From Pseudomonadota bacterium (lineage in GTDB: Bacteria > Pseudomonadota > Gammaproteobacteria > Burkholderiales > JAKAFK01), in contig JAKAFK010000010.1 in assembly GCA_021817985.1 (NCBI GenBank), positions 18,710-82,709 on the forward strand: DNA of 64,000 bases. Direction: 5' to 3'. The translations under genes and the position numbers were made by a program. The notes under the pieces are model-generated. The model did not search any database and was not told the origin of the DNA. It worked only from the letters and a program-made list of their open reading frames with translations. Shown here piece after piece: positions 9,744 to 19,760 of this stretch. Within the stretch, counting starts at the first letter, position 1. Each line of letters begins with the position of its first letter.

Positions 9744-10052
9744 TCACGGGGTCCCTGTGGGCAGGGGGGCGGCGCGCTCGCGGCCGCTGTGCGCCTTGTC
9801 CCATCGAAGCGCCTGCGGGAGATTGTCGATGCGGTCCATGAAGCGCCAGACCACCGGTTTCCCGGGCAGGTCGTCGTATTTCACGAGCCGCCAGATCTTT
9901 CCTGTCTGGGTGTCGAGCAAGAACGTGTCCGCACGCACATGCGGGTCGATGACGATCTCGAAGCGTCCCGGTGGCGGATTGAGCGTGGCGCCGAAGGCGG
10001 GCGCACCTGCCAAGCCCACGATTGCGAGCAGCAAGAGGCATGTTCTTAGCAT
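9744..10052 (-). CDS. small exported hypothetical protein (102 aa)
   Basis: The internal ATG 10052 gives MLRTCLLLLAIVGLAGAPAFGATL (signal peptide). It is preceded by AAGGAAAGAGAGG. Confidence 0.55.
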   Translation of the reverse strand: MLRTCLLLLAIVGLAGAPAFGATLNPPPGRFEIVIDPHVRADTFLLDTQTGKIWRLVKYDDLPGKPVVWRFMDRIDNLPQALRWDKAHSGRERAAPLPTGTP

Positions 10053-10786
10053 CGGGCTGACCTCTCTTTCCTTAGGCGGGCCGACAAGCCGGCCGATCCG
10101 TTTATTGTACTGCGCGTCCACGTGATCTGCATAACGAGCGCGCGGTTGTCCGTGACGGGGCGAAGCGGCCCGGCCAGGGTGAAGTTGCTCTCCGGGATCT
10201 TTGTCTGCGGAAACATAACGAATTGATGGGATGACACCCCTGCCTCGGGCGTCTGCGCAAGATTGGCGAGACGGTGTGGTCTGTGGCCACCTGTCGGGGG
10301 GAATCGGTCGCCTTGGCCGCGTTGTTGGCGGCGGCCCTGACGTGCTCGGTTCGGGATCGGTGGATCGGTTCGGACTTTCGTTCCCGATACGGGCGCTTGA
10401 CCCTGATCGCCAACAACAGCCGTTGTCTGATGTTCCCCGCAGGGCCCTCCCCGAACGCGGGCTCGCGCGTGCTTTCCCTCGTTGAGCCCGCATCGGCGCT
10501 GACGGGCTTGCGCGCTTCGGCTACTCCCGCATCCGCACAGGTTTCGGTCCCGAGAACGTGGCTTGGTTGCGCCGCTTCGCCATCGGCCTGTGCAACTCAT
10601 TCCTCAAAACGCGCGAAAGCGTCGCAGCAAGAACCAAGGCGTTGGCTTCGAACACCCGCCGCGTTCTCGATGATCTCCGGGTGACCGAGAATTCCAGACG
10701 TACCGCTCAAGCGATTGCCTGAGCTCGCGCAAATTCGCCGTGGTGGCCTGGCGGTCGGATCTTGACATTATTTGACCCCTCCTGGC

Positions 10787-10816
10787 TTGACGGTCCCGAT
10801 GCCCAGGGCCTAATAT
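10787..10816 (+). promoter_or_regulatory. sigma70-like promoter candidate TTGACG-18 nt-TAATAT upstream of the GT4 gene
   Basis: Hexamers read directly at 10787..10792 and 10811..10816, about 30 nt upstream of ATG 10846. Confidence 0.35.
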
Positions 10817-10845
10817 CGGCCCCTGAAATGGGCAAGGAATAGGCT

Positions 10846-12057
10846 ATGAGCGCGGGGTCGTTGTCTCATCATGATGTGATGCCGGTGATCGAGCGCGCGC
10901 GCTCACGCGCACAAGAGGCCGGGCATTTCCCCGGCCGGAAAGGTGCCCGCCGCGCGCTCCACATCGTGCATACGGAAGCCTCGCTCGGCTGGGGCGGCCA
11001 GGAAATCCGAATCCTCAATGAAGCGTCGGGCATGATACGGCGAGGCCATGCCGTCACGGTGCTCTGCCCGGCGCATGCCAAAATCTACGCGGAGGCGCAC
11101 CGTAGGGGGATCCCCGTGGTCGCGCTGCCGATCGGCAGAAAGAGTCTGCGCGGCATCGCCGTCCTGTATCGCTGGCTCTCGCAGCATACCCCGGACGTGA
11201 TCAATACCCACAGCTCCACCGACAGCTGGCTCGTGGCGCTGGCCGCCCGGGCCCTGCGCCGGGGACCGCCGATGGTGCGCACGCGCCACATCTCGACGCC
11301 GGTGCCGCGCAACAGATTCACGCGCTGGCTCTATCAGAACGCCACGGCGCATATTGTGACGACCGGCGCCCAGACGCGAAATCAGCTGATCTGCGACAAT
11401 GGCTATGTGCCGGAACGGATCACGCCGGTGCCGACCGGCGTCGATGGCGAGTACTTCCGGCCCGGCGACCGGGGCGAGGCCCGCCGGTTGCTCGGCTTGC
11501 CGCCTGAGGCGACGCTGGTCGGGATTGTGGCCACCTTGCGCAGCTGGAAGGGCCACCGTTATCTGGTCGAGGCGTTCGCGGGCTTGTCCGATCCGGCGGC
11601 ACGGCTCGTTATCGTCGGGGGCGGGCCTCAGGAGCGCGCCCTGCGCGAGCAGGTGGCGGCGATGGGGCTCGCCGAGCGCGTGATCATGCCCGGCAATCAG
11701 GCCGAGGTCCTGCCCTGGCTGCGTGCCCTCGACGTCTTCGTCCTGCCGTCGTATGGGCATGAGGGCGTGCCGCAGGCGTTGCTGCAGGCGATGCTGTGCC
11801 AGCTGCCCGTCGTCACCACCCCGGTCGGGGGCATCCTGGAGGCGGTGGCGCACGACGAAAGCGCTTTGGTCGTCGAGCCGAGGAACGCCGAGGCCTTGCG
11901 AGGGGCCCTGGAACAGCTGTTGGGGGATGCCGGCCTGCGCGATCGGCTTGGCCAGTGCGCGCGTGGCCGGGCCCGCGAGTTTTTCAGCTTCGACGCCATG
12001 CTCGACAAGATGGAAACGATTTTTCTGGCGTGCGCCGCCCCGGCGCGTTCGCGCTAA
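10846..12057 (+). CDS. GT4-family (GT-B) glycosyltransferase
   Basis: LHIVHTEASLGWGGQEIRILNEA...VLPSYGHEGVPQALLQAMLCQLPVVTT. These are typical group-1 glycosyltransferase motifs. Its 3' end overlaps the hpnA 3' end by 4 nt (convergent). Confidence 0.8.
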   Translation: MSAGSLSHHDVMPVIERARSRAQEAGHFPGRKGARRALHIVHTEASLGWGGQEIRILNEASGMIRRGHAVTVLCPAHAKIYAEAHRRGIPVVALPIGRKSLRGIAVLYRWLSQHTPDVINTHSSTDSWLVALAARALRRGPPMVRTRHISTPVPRNRFTRWLYQNATAHIVTTGAQTRNQLICDNGYVPERITPVPTGVDGEYFRPGDRGEARRLLGLPPEATLVGIVATLRSWKGHRYLVEAFAGLSDPAARLVIVGGGPQERALREQVAAMGLAERVIMPGNQAEVLPWLRALDVFVLPSYGHEGVPQALLQAMLCQLPVVTTPVGGILEAVAHDESALVVEPRNAEALRGALEQLLGDAGLRDRLGQCARGRAREFFSFDAMLDKMETIFLACAAPARSR

Positions 12058-13049
12058 CGGCTGCGCCGAGCGGCCTCGGCGACAAACCAGTCGACCGCGT
12101 CGCTGAGCGCCTCCGCCGCCGGACGGGCCTCGAACCCCAGCGTCCTCGCCGCTTTCGCCGAAGAGAAATACATGCGCTTGCGCGCGAGCCTGACACCGTC
12201 GACGGTCACCAAGGGTTCGCCGGCGTGGAGCAGGCGCGCGCCCGCCTCGACGAAGTAGGCGATGGGCAGGACGAAGCCGTGTGCCAGGCAGATTCGCGGC
12301 GGCCGACGTCCCGCCAGGTAGGCGATGCGCGTCAGAATATCGCGCAAAGACAGATTCTCTCCCCCTAGGATGTAGCGTTCGCCGATTACGCCGTTCTCGA
12401 AGGCGAGAAGGTGTCCGGCCGCCACGTCGTCGACATGGACGATATTGAGCCCTGTGTCCACGTAGGCCGGGATGCGCCCCGAGACCATATCGCGAATCAC
12501 GCGGCCGGTGGGGGTCGGGCGCAGGTCGCGGGGGCCGACGGGCGTCGAGGGGTTGACGATGACGACCGGCAGCCCCGCCTTGGCCATATTGCGTACCGCT
12601 TCCTCTGCCAGGAATTTCGAGCGCTTGTAATGCCCGATCATGTCGCCGATGGCCACCGGCGTTGCCTCGTCCGCGGGGACATGACCCGCAGGGGCGCCCA
12701 GCGTCGCGACGCTGCTCGTATACACCGCCTTGTCGATCCCCAGCTCGGCCGCAACCTCCATGATGTTGCGGGTGCCCTCGACGTTGGTCCGATACAGATC
12801 GACCGGGTTGGGCACCCACAGGCGATAATCCGCAGCGACATGGAACAGGGCGCGGCAGCCTCGCAGCGCCGCATACAGGGAGGAGCGATCGGTCAGGTCG
12901 CCGATGGCAGTTTCGAGCTTGAGGCCCAGAAGATTGCGCCGGTCGCTCAGCGGACGCACCAGCGCCCGCACGTGATGGCCGCGGGCGAGGAGCGCGCGCA
13001 CCACCGCGGAGCCGACGAAGCCCGTGGCCCCTGTGACGAGGGTGGTCAT
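12054..13049 (-). CDS. hpnA: hopanoid-associated sugar epimerase (NAD-dependent epimerase/dehydratase)
   Basis: MTTLVTGATGFVGSAVVRALLARGH (Rossmann GxxGxxG)...YKRSKFLAE (YxxxK). It sits in the shc-hpnG-hpnA arrangement. Its ATG overlaps the hpnG stop (ATGA). Confidence 0.85.
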   Translation of the reverse strand: MTTLVTGATGFVGSAVVRALLARGHHVRALVRPLSDRRNLLGLKLETAIGDLTDRSSLYAALRGCRALFHVAADYRLWVPNPVDLYRTNVEGTRNIMEVAAELGIDKAVYTSSVATLGAPAGHVPADEATPVAIGDMIGHYKRSKFLAEEAVRNMAKAGLPVVIVNPSTPVGPRDLRPTPTGRVIRDMVSGRIPAYVDTGLNIVHVDDVAAGHLLAFENGVIGERYILGGENLSLRDILTRIAYLAGRRPPRICLAHGFVLPIAYFVEAGARLLHAGEPLVTVDGVRLARKRMYFSSAKAARTLGFEARPAAEALSDAVDWFVAEAARRSR

Positions 13050-13750
13050 GGCGTGAAGGCGTGCGGCATTCGGCTTGCCGCGTAGCCGAGCGCCTGCCGC
13101 GCCCGCCGGAACGCGAGTCCCAAGCGAGCCAGTTGCGGCCAGTCGGCAGGGCGCAGCAACGCGTGTCGCGCGATGCGTCCTACCGCCAGGTTCCCGCAAG
13201 CGTCGATGCCTATCGGCACGCCGCGCGGGAGCGTATGGACCGCAGTGTCCGCGACCGCGCGCACGACCAGGAAGGGCATGTGGCACTCTTGGGCGATACG
13301 CGCCAGCATCGCGCTTTCCATGTCGGCCGCGATGCCCCCGGTGCGCTGAAACAGCGCCTCCTTTTGGGCCGGGCTCGTCAACAAGGATTCGGCGTCGGCG
13401 ATCGGCGCCGTGCGGATCGGCAGACTCGGCGCGAGGGCGCGTATCGCGGCGCGGTGCCAGGCGGCATCGACCCGCAGGCATGCGGCGTGCCCGGTAGCCA
13501 GCGTGCGCGGCAGCAGCAGCGTGCCCGGCCGAAGGCTCGCCTCCAGCCCCGTCGCGCAGCCCCAGCTCACCAGGCCCCACACCCCTTGGTCAAGCAGCTG
13601 CGCGGCGATGTGGGACGCTTCGGGGGCGCCGATTCCGCATAACGCGGCAAAGTCCCCGCTTGGCAGGCGAAGCCACTCGCCGGCCGTCTTGAGGCGTGTT
13701 GTCAGGGGAGCCAGCTCGAGGCGGCTGGCCGCCATGATGGCAAAGCCCAT
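13046..13750 (-). CDS. hpnG: hopanoid-associated phosphorylase/nucleosidase (adenosylhopane nucleosidase-like)
   Basis: MGFAIMAASRLELAPL...GGIAADMESAMLARIAQECHMPFLVVRAVAD. This is a PNP/MTA-nucleosidase-like fold. It lies between shc and hpnA, and its start overlaps the shc stop by 1 nt. Confidence 0.8.
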   Translation of the reverse strand: MGFAIMAASRLELAPLTTRLKTAGEWLRLPSGDFAALCGIGAPEASHIAAQLLDQGVWGLVSWGCATGLEASLRPGTLLLPRTLATGHAACLRVDAAWHRAAIRALAPSLPIRTAPIADAESLLTSPAQKEALFQRTGGIAADMESAMLARIAQECHMPFLVVRAVADTAVHTLPRGVPIGIDACGNLAVGRIARHALLRPADWPQLARLGLAFRRARQALGYAASRMPHAFTP

Positions 13751-15690
13751 CACCCCGTGCCCTGGGTCGTCAGCGTGCGGTAGCGCGCGAGCGCCCATAA
13801 TGGGAAATATCGACTGTAGCCATGATATTTCAAGTAGAAGACGCGTGGAAAGCCGGGCGCCGTGAACGCGCGGTCCTCCCAGGCCCCGGACGGGCGCTGC
13901 GTCCGCAGCAGATAGTCGATGCCCGCGGCCACTTCCCGCGAGGCGCAGTCGCCGGCGGCCATCAGTCCCAAAAGGGCCCACGCCGTCTGGAAAGAGGTGG
14001 AGGATCCGCGGCCGCGCAGGCTCGGGTCGGCATAGCTGTCGTTGGTCTCGCCCCACCCGCCGTCGCCGTTCTGGACCGATTTGAGCCAGTCCGCGGCGCG
14101 TCGAATCGCCGGATGGCCCGTCTCGAGGCCGGCATGGGTCAGGGCGACGAGCGCCGACCAGGTGCCGTAGACGTAGTTGGTCCCCCAGCGGCCGAACCAC
14201 GCACCGTCGGCCTCCTGTTCCTTGAGGAGGTAGGCGATGCATCGGGCCAGGGCTCTCGCGCCACGGGATCCTCGCCCGCCCAGAAGGGCGAGCAGCACGG
14301 CGCATCGCGCGCTCACGTCGGCCGTCGGCGGGTCCAGTAGGGCGCCGTGGTCGGCAAACGGGATCTCGTTGAGGTAGCGCCGGGTATTGTCGCGGTCGAA
14401 GGCGCCGAACCCGCCGCTACGCGACTGCATGGCGATGATCCATTGCGCGGCTCTGTTGACGGCTTCCGCAAAGCGCGGCTCGCCGGAGGCGATCATGGCC
14501 CAGCCGACGGCGCTGGTGTCGTCCACGTCCGGATAGTGGCTGTTCTCGAACTGGAAGGGCCAGCCGCCCCCCGGCGTGCCCGGGCGGCCTTTCCGCCAGT
14601 CGCCGGGCTCGTCGCGCAACTGCCGTTCGCGCAGCCAGTCGAGTGCGCGGCACGCGCTCGTGCGGGCCGCGGCCTCGCCGGTCTCAAGGAGAGCAAGCGC
14701 CGCGAGGGCGGTGTCCCAGACCGGCGATACGCACGGTTGGCAATAGGCTTCGTCCGTCCGCTTGACGATGAGTCGCTCGAGCGCCGCCTTCGCCGCCATG
14801 CGCAGCCTATGGCCGGGTGGATAGCCGAGCGCGTCCATTGCCTCGTAGGCATTGACCATGGCCGGGAAAATCGCCCCTAGGCCGCCTTGGCCATTGGCCC
14901 TCTCCCGTATCCAGTCCTCCGCCCTGCGCAGCGCCGCCGCGCGCACCGCGCGCGGGATCCACCGCTCGAGTCGGCGTGCGCTTCGCTCGAGCAGCAGGAA
15001 CAGGCGGTTGAGCATCGAACGGACCGGAAAGTAGTCGCTGACCTGCTCGGGCGGTGCCGCGAAAAGCTCGGCGATGCCGATGCCGCTCGGGTTCCGTGCG
15101 CGCGGCTTGAGGCTGCACAGGATCAGGAGAGGCACCATCACGGTGCGTGACCAGTAGGAAACCTTGTGCAGGTGGAACGGAAACCAGCGGGGCAGCAGGA
15201 TGATCTCCGGCGGGATGAAGGGCACTGCCCGCCAAGGCATTTGTCCGAACAACGCCAGGGTAATGCGCGTGAAGACATTGGCGCGTGCGGCGCCGCCTGC
15301 CGCCAGGATGGCACGGCGCGCCTTGGCGAGATGGGGCGCGTCGGGATCGTCGCCAGCCAGTTTCAAGGCGTAGTATGCCTTGACGGAACCGCTCAAGTCC
15401 GCCGCTCCCTCGGCATACAGGGGCCATCCACCGCCGGGAAGCTGACGGGCCCGCAGATAACGCGCGAGCGCTGCCTGCAGCCGCGGGTCGACCTCGTCCA
15501 TGTAATGCGTCATCAGGATGTATTCCGCGGGAATGGTGCAGTCCGCTTCCAGTTCGAAGGCCCAATACCCCGCGGCGTGCTGGCGCTGCAGAACGTGGCG
15601 CGCGGCGCTTTCCACCCCCCAGTCGAGACGGACCCGCGTGTCCAGCGCCGCGTGTTCGGGGTTCCTGCAGGTTGCCATCGGCTTGGACAT
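13750..15690 (-). CDS. shc: squalene-hopene cyclase
   Basis: 646 aa with QW-type repeats and the catalytic DxDD motif (YPDVDDTSAVGWAM). Full-length SHC-like. Confidence 0.95.
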   Translation of the reverse strand: MSKPMATCRNPEHAALDTRVRLDWGVESAARHVLQRQHAAGYWAFELEADCTIPAEYILMTHYMDEVDPRLQAALARYLRARQLPGGGWPLYAEGAADLSGSVKAYYALKLAGDDPDAPHLAKARRAILAAGGAARANVFTRITLALFGQMPWRAVPFIPPEIILLPRWFPFHLHKVSYWSRTVMVPLLILCSLKPRARNPSGIGIAELFAAPPEQVSDYFPVRSMLNRLFLLLERSARRLERWIPRAVRAAALRRAEDWIRERANGQGGLGAIFPAMVNAYEAMDALGYPPGHRLRMAAKAALERLIVKRTDEAYCQPCVSPVWDTALAALALLETGEAAARTSACRALDWLRERQLRDEPGDWRKGRPGTPGGGWPFQFENSHYPDVDDTSAVGWAMIASGEPRFAEAVNRAAQWIIAMQSRSGGFGAFDRDNTRRYLNEIPFADHGALLDPPTADVSARCAVLLALLGGRGSRGARALARCIAYLLKEQEADGAWFGRWGTNYVYGTWSALVALTHAGLETGHPAIRRAADWLKSVQNGDGGWGETNDSYADPSLRGRGSSTSFQTAWALLGLMAAGDCASREVAAGIDYLLRTQRPSGAWEDRAFTAPGFPRVFYLKYHGYSRYFPLWALARYRTLTTQGTG

Positions 15691-16303
15691 TGTCGGGATC
15701 CCTTGTGGTGGGCTGCTGCCCTGGCGGCGCTGCGTGCCGTGTGCCTCGGACCGGGCCCTCGGGACGGTGGAGGCTCAGCGGCCGTGTTCGGCCTTGAGCC
15801 ACGCGCCGCGGCCCACCCGCCCTCAAGGCCGGGTGGGAGTGTCTGTTGATCCGGGAACCCGGTGGCGTCCAGGCCGCTGGGCGAGCGCGTGCCGCGAAGA
15901 TCGTGCGGGTGTCAGAATTCACCGCACGCGGCGGCGCGACGCTATGGAGATGATCTCGAGGCCCTGGCAGAGCGGTTGGGGCCGCGAAGGGCGGCCGGCT
16001 GTCCCGTCACACTGCCCGCGCCGCGTGCCTTCACTCCGAAACATAGCATCGCGGCACTAAAATTCCAGGCGTTCGGGGTGGCGGCGCGTGGGGCAGAGGG
16101 TCGCCGTGCCGGATGGCCTATACTGGGACTGCGACCCGCCGGCCTGGCCCGCGCGCGGTCGCTCCCCGCGGCCCGCGCGCGAACGCGGCCATCCTGGGCC
16201 GAATGCACGAGATTCAGGCTTTGTCGGCGCTCAGGAGCTGGGTGGTCGGCGCTTTGACCGCGCCGTCGCGCATGGCGGCATCTTCTCCAGCATCCGGCAA
16301 CCT

Positions 16304-17293
16304 ATGGAAGTCATACTCGTCAAGCCGCGCGGATTCTGTGCGGGCGTCGTACGCGCCATCGAGATTGTCGTTTCCGCGCTCGATCTCTATGGCAGCCCGA
16401 TCTACGTCCTGCACGAGATTGTCCACAATCAGCGGGTGATGGCTGATCTCGAGACACGGGGGGCACGCTTCGTCGAGGCCCTGGAAGGGGTGCCGTCCGG
16501 CGCGACCGTGATTTTCAGCGCGCACGGCGTCTCCTCTGCGATGGGGCGGCGGGCGGCCGCCCAGGGACTGAAGGTCATCGACGCGACCTGCCCCCTGGTC
16601 ACCAAGGTGCACCTCGAAGTGGCGCGGCATGCGCGCGCCGGCCGCGAGGTGGTGCTGATCGGCCATGCCGGCCACCCCGAGGTGAACGGAACGATTGGGC
16701 GTTACGACCGGGGGTTCGGCGGAGAGGTCTATCTGGTCGAGACGCTTGCCGATGTGGACGCGCTGGCGATCAGGAACCCGCTGGATGTGGCTTATGTCAC
16801 CCAGACGACGCTTTCGCTCGATGACGCGCGCCGCATCGTGGCCGCGCTGGAGGCGCGCTATCCGCGCATCCGTGGTCCGCGCCGGGCGGACATCTGCTAC
16901 GCCACGCAGAATCGGCAAAACGCGGTGCGCGCCCTTGCGGGATATATCGACCTGCTGCTGGTGGTGGGCGCACGCAACAGCTCCAACTCGAATCGTTTGC
17001 GTGAGGTGGGTGCGCAAATCCAGGTGCCCTCCTATCTGTTGCAGGATGCGGACGAACTCGATGTCCGCTGGCTGGAGGGCAAGTCCCGCGTCGGCGTGAG
17101 TGCGGGGGCCTCGACGCCGGAAATTCTGGTGCAAAGCCTCCTGGCCCGGCTGCGCGCGCTGGGTGCGGTCGTCGTGCGCGAGGCCGGGGGCCCGGAAGAA
17201 TCGGTCACCTTCCGCATCCCGGAAGGCCTCCAGCGTGCGGCAAAAGGCAACCGGGACGAAGGCCGCCCCGGAAATTCCGACCAAGGAGGGTGA
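16304..17293 (+). CDS. ispH: 4-hydroxy-3-methylbut-2-enyl diphosphate reductase
   Basis: The internal ATG 16304 gives [22 protein letters not shown]...HEIVHN...[10 protein letters not shown]...SSNSNRL. It is divergent from shc, as in hopanoid clusters. Confidence 0.92.
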   Translation: MEVILVKPRGFCAGVVRAIEIVVSALDLYGSPIYVLHEIVHNQRVMADLETRGARFVEALEGVPSGATVIFSAHGVSSAMGRRAAAQGLKVIDATCPLVTKVHLEVARHARAGREVVLIGHAGHPEVNGTIGRYDRGFGGEVYLVETLADVDALAIRNPLDVAYVTQTTLSLDDARRIVAALEARYPRIRGPRRADICYATQNRQNAVRALAGYIDLLLVVGARNSSNSNRLREVGAQIQVPSYLLQDADELDVRWLEGKSRVGVSAGASTPEILVQSLLARLRALGAVVVREAGGPEESVTFRIPEGLQRAAKGNRDEGRPGNSDQGG

Positions 17294-17296
17294 CGC

Positions 17297-18415
17297 ATGG
17301 GTGTTCCGCTCCGCCAACAGTTGGAGGTCGCACGCTACATTCTCGGAAAGGCCTTGCGCGGGGAGCGTCGCTATCCCCTCGTGCTCATGCTGGAGCCCTT
17401 GTTCCGCTGCAATCTGGCCTGCGCCGGCTGCGGCAAGATCGATTATCCCGCTGAGGTGCTCGATCGCCGACTGAGCCTCGAGGAGTGCCTGGGGGCGGTG
17501 GACGAATGCGGTGCGCCGATCGTCTCCATTGCCGGAGGCGAACCGCTGCTGCATCAGGAGATGCCCGCCATCGTCCGGGCGCTCACCCAGCGGCGCAAGT
17601 ATGTCTACCTGTGCACCAACGCGCTGCTGCTGACCCGGCGCCTCCGCGATTATTCGCCCTCGCCCTACCTGACACTCTCCGTCCATCTGGACGGCAATCG
17701 CGAGCGCCACGACGCCTCCGTGTGCCGGCCAGGCGTGTTCGAACGGGCGGTGGAGGCGATACGGCTCGCCTTGCGCGAGGGATTCCGGGTGACTGTCAAC
17801 TGCACCGTGTTCCAGGGAGAGAGCGCGCAAGAGGTGGCGCAATTCATGGATGGCGTGGCGGCTCTGGGCGTGGAGGGGGTCACCATCTCGCCGGGATTCA
17901 GTTACGCGCACGCGCCGCGGCAGGATGTTTTTCTCCGTCGGACCGCCACCAAGCAGTTTTTCCGGGACCTGTTCAAGTTGGGCAGGCGCCGGCCATGGGC
18001 CTTCAACCACTCCAGCCTCTATCTCGATTTCCTCGCCGGGAACCGCCAATACCGCTGCACGCCCTGGGGCAATCCGACCCGCAACGTGTTCGGCTGGCAA
18101 AGACCGTGCTACCTGTTGGTCGATGAGGGCTACGCGCCGAGTTTCCGGGCGTTGATGGAGGAGACGCCCTGGGCCAGCTACGGCACCGGACGCAACGCCA
18201 AATGCGACGACTGCATGGCCCATTGCGGCTACGAGGCCACGGCCGCTGCCGATGCCCTTGCGCATCCTTGGAAGGCTTTGTGGGCACGGTTGCGCGGACC
18301 GCGCACAGACGGCCCCATGGCCCCCGAATGGATGCGCGAAGGGGAAACGGGCGAGGCTCGGCCGGCGATCATGCATTGGGTCCGCCATGGGGACAGGAAG
18401 GCCGGCGCCCGCTGA
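17297..18415 (+). CDS. hpnH: adenosyl-hopene transferase (radical SAM)
   Basis: LMLEPLFRCNLACAGCGKIDY contains the CxxxCxxC radical-SAM motif. Full-length HpnH-like. It starts 3 nt after the ispH stop. Confidence 0.92.
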   Translation: MGVPLRQQLEVARYILGKALRGERRYPLVLMLEPLFRCNLACAGCGKIDYPAEVLDRRLSLEECLGAVDECGAPIVSIAGGEPLLHQEMPAIVRALTQRRKYVYLCTNALLLTRRLRDYSPSPYLTLSVHLDGNRERHDASVCRPGVFERAVEAIRLALREGFRVTVNCTVFQGESAQEVAQFMDGVAALGVEGVTISPGFSYAHAPRQDVFLRRTATKQFFRDLFKLGRRRPWAFNHSSLYLDFLAGNRQYRCTPWGNPTRNVFGWQRPCYLLVDEGYAPSFRALMEETPWASYGTGRNAKCDDCMAHCGYEATAAADALAHPWKALWARLRGPRTDGPMAPEWMREGETGEARPAIMHWVRHGDRKAGAR

Positions 18416-19760
18416 GGCGCCGTTTTCGCGCCCAGGCGAGGACATCGAGCCTCCTCCGGGCGGCCGCTTCGTGCCGTCGGACGGCTTCAGGCGGGGCGCG
18501 CGGCGCACCTTCGCCCTGTTCGCCGATCTTGTCCTGAGGCTGCGCTACGACATCCGGGTGTCCGGCCGCGAGCACTATGCCGAGGGCGTGCCGACCCTCT
18601 TGGTGGCCAACCACCGGTCGGATGCCGATGGGCCGATCGTGGCCGCCGTCATGCTGCGGCGGCAAGGCGTGGCGTGCCGCGGCGACGTGCCTTTTTTCGT
18701 CGCCAGGGAAGATCTGTTCGCGCGAGGCTTTCTGGCCCAGTACGTGCCGGCCGCTCCGGCTTTCCTGCGCCCGGTCCTGGGCCGTTTGTGCCTGGCGCCG
18801 TTCCTCGAACTGATGCGGGTGCGCCCCATGCGGCGGGTGGCCGAGCGAACCTTGGGCGAGGTGCTGGCCCAGGTCCGCGAAATCGCCGGCGATGTGCCTC
18901 TGGCGGAAATCCTGAAGGCCAGCCAACTGGCGCGCTACGAGCGCCTGGCCGCCCCGAACCCGGTCCCTGCCACCGTGGGAGAGGCCCTGGCCCAGCGGTA
19001 CCGGGCCCTGAATCAGGAGCGCCTCGGCCTCTTGAAGCTGCGCCGCGAGATGTTTCAACGCTTGGCGCGGTCTGACCGCGAGGTGATCGCTCGGCAGGTT
19101 GGCGCGTTCGTCGCCTTGCTGGAGGCCGGAAAGACGGTGTTCCTGGCGCCGGAAGGCGTGCTCTCGCCCCATGGGTGTCCGATGCGTTCCAAAGCCGGGC
19201 TCCACCTGTTGCTCACCCGGGCACGCGTAGATGTCCACCTCGTCCCGGTCGGTCTGACCTACGACTTCATGACGACGGGGCGTCCCGCGGTATTCGTGCG
19301 GTTTGGCCGCGAGCTGTCGAGTTTGGAGGGCTGCGGCGTCGAGGCCCTCGATGAGCGGGTGCATCGGGCCATCGCCGCCCAGTACACCGCCACGGCGACT
19401 CAGATCGCCAGCGTCTGGCTGCGCGCGCGCCTTCATGCCGGGGAGAACAGGCTCGAGCCTTCGGCACTGCGCGATGGGGTCATGCAGGCGGCCCTCGACC
19501 TTGCCTGCGCGGGACTGCCCGTCGACGGGCGTCTCCTGGATCCCCGTGCGGCGCACGCGCGGATCGCCGAGTGTCTCGGCTACTGTCGGCGGGTCGGATT
19601 GCTGGATTCTCGAGAGGGCAGGCTGCGATTCGCGAGGTGGCCGGCACAGACGGCATGTGCGGCCCTGGATCATGCCTGCAATGAGCTGGCCGCGTTTGTG
19701 CCGGAGTCCCTGGGCATCCTGGAACGGCTCCGGTTCGTCGATCGGGCTGGCCTCACTTGA
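18387..19760 (+). CDS. PlsC-type (lysophospholipid) acyltransferase with a long C-terminal extension
   Basis: HxxxxD acyltransferase motif in LLVANHRSDADGPIV. About 457 aa if started at ATG 18387, which overlaps the hpnH end by 29 nt, so the start is uncertain. Its stop overlaps the next gene's TTG (TTGA). Confidence 0.65.
   Translation: MGTGRPAPAEAPFSRPGEDIEPPPGGRFVPSDGFRRGARRTFALFADLVLRLRYDIRVSGREHYAEGVPTLLVANHRSDADGPIVAAVMLRRQGVACRGDVPFFVAREDLFARGFLAQYVPAAPAFLRPVLGRLCLAPFLELMRVRPMRRVAERTLGEVLAQVREIAGDVPLAEILKASQLARYERLAAPNPVPATVGEALAQRYRALNQERLGLLKLRREMFQRLARSDREVIARQVGAFVALLEAGKTVFLAPEGVLSPHGCPMRSKAGLHLLLTRARVDVHLVPVGLTYDFMTTGRPAVFVRFGRELSSLEGCGVEALDERVHRAIAAQYTATATQIASVWLRARLHAGENRLEPSALRDGVMQAALDLACAGLPVDGRLLDPRAAHARIAECLGYCRRVGLLDSREGRLRFARWPAQTACAALDHACNELAAFVPESLGILERLRFVDRAGLT

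Noticed and set aside
16214-18508. 764-aa ORF on the minus strand. Similar long ORFs occur at 10903..12819 (-), 4749..6119 (-), 7886..9331 (-), 37252..39123 (-), 40491..41900 (-), 52264..53904 (-) and 53911..55452 (-).
   Set aside because: All lie antisense to, or out of frame with, strongly supported genes (ispH/hpnH, GT4, GT/hda, pilU, tamA/B, atpA/atpD). Their translations are Arg/Pro/Gly/His-rich low-complexity sequence typical of shadow frames in high-GC DNA.
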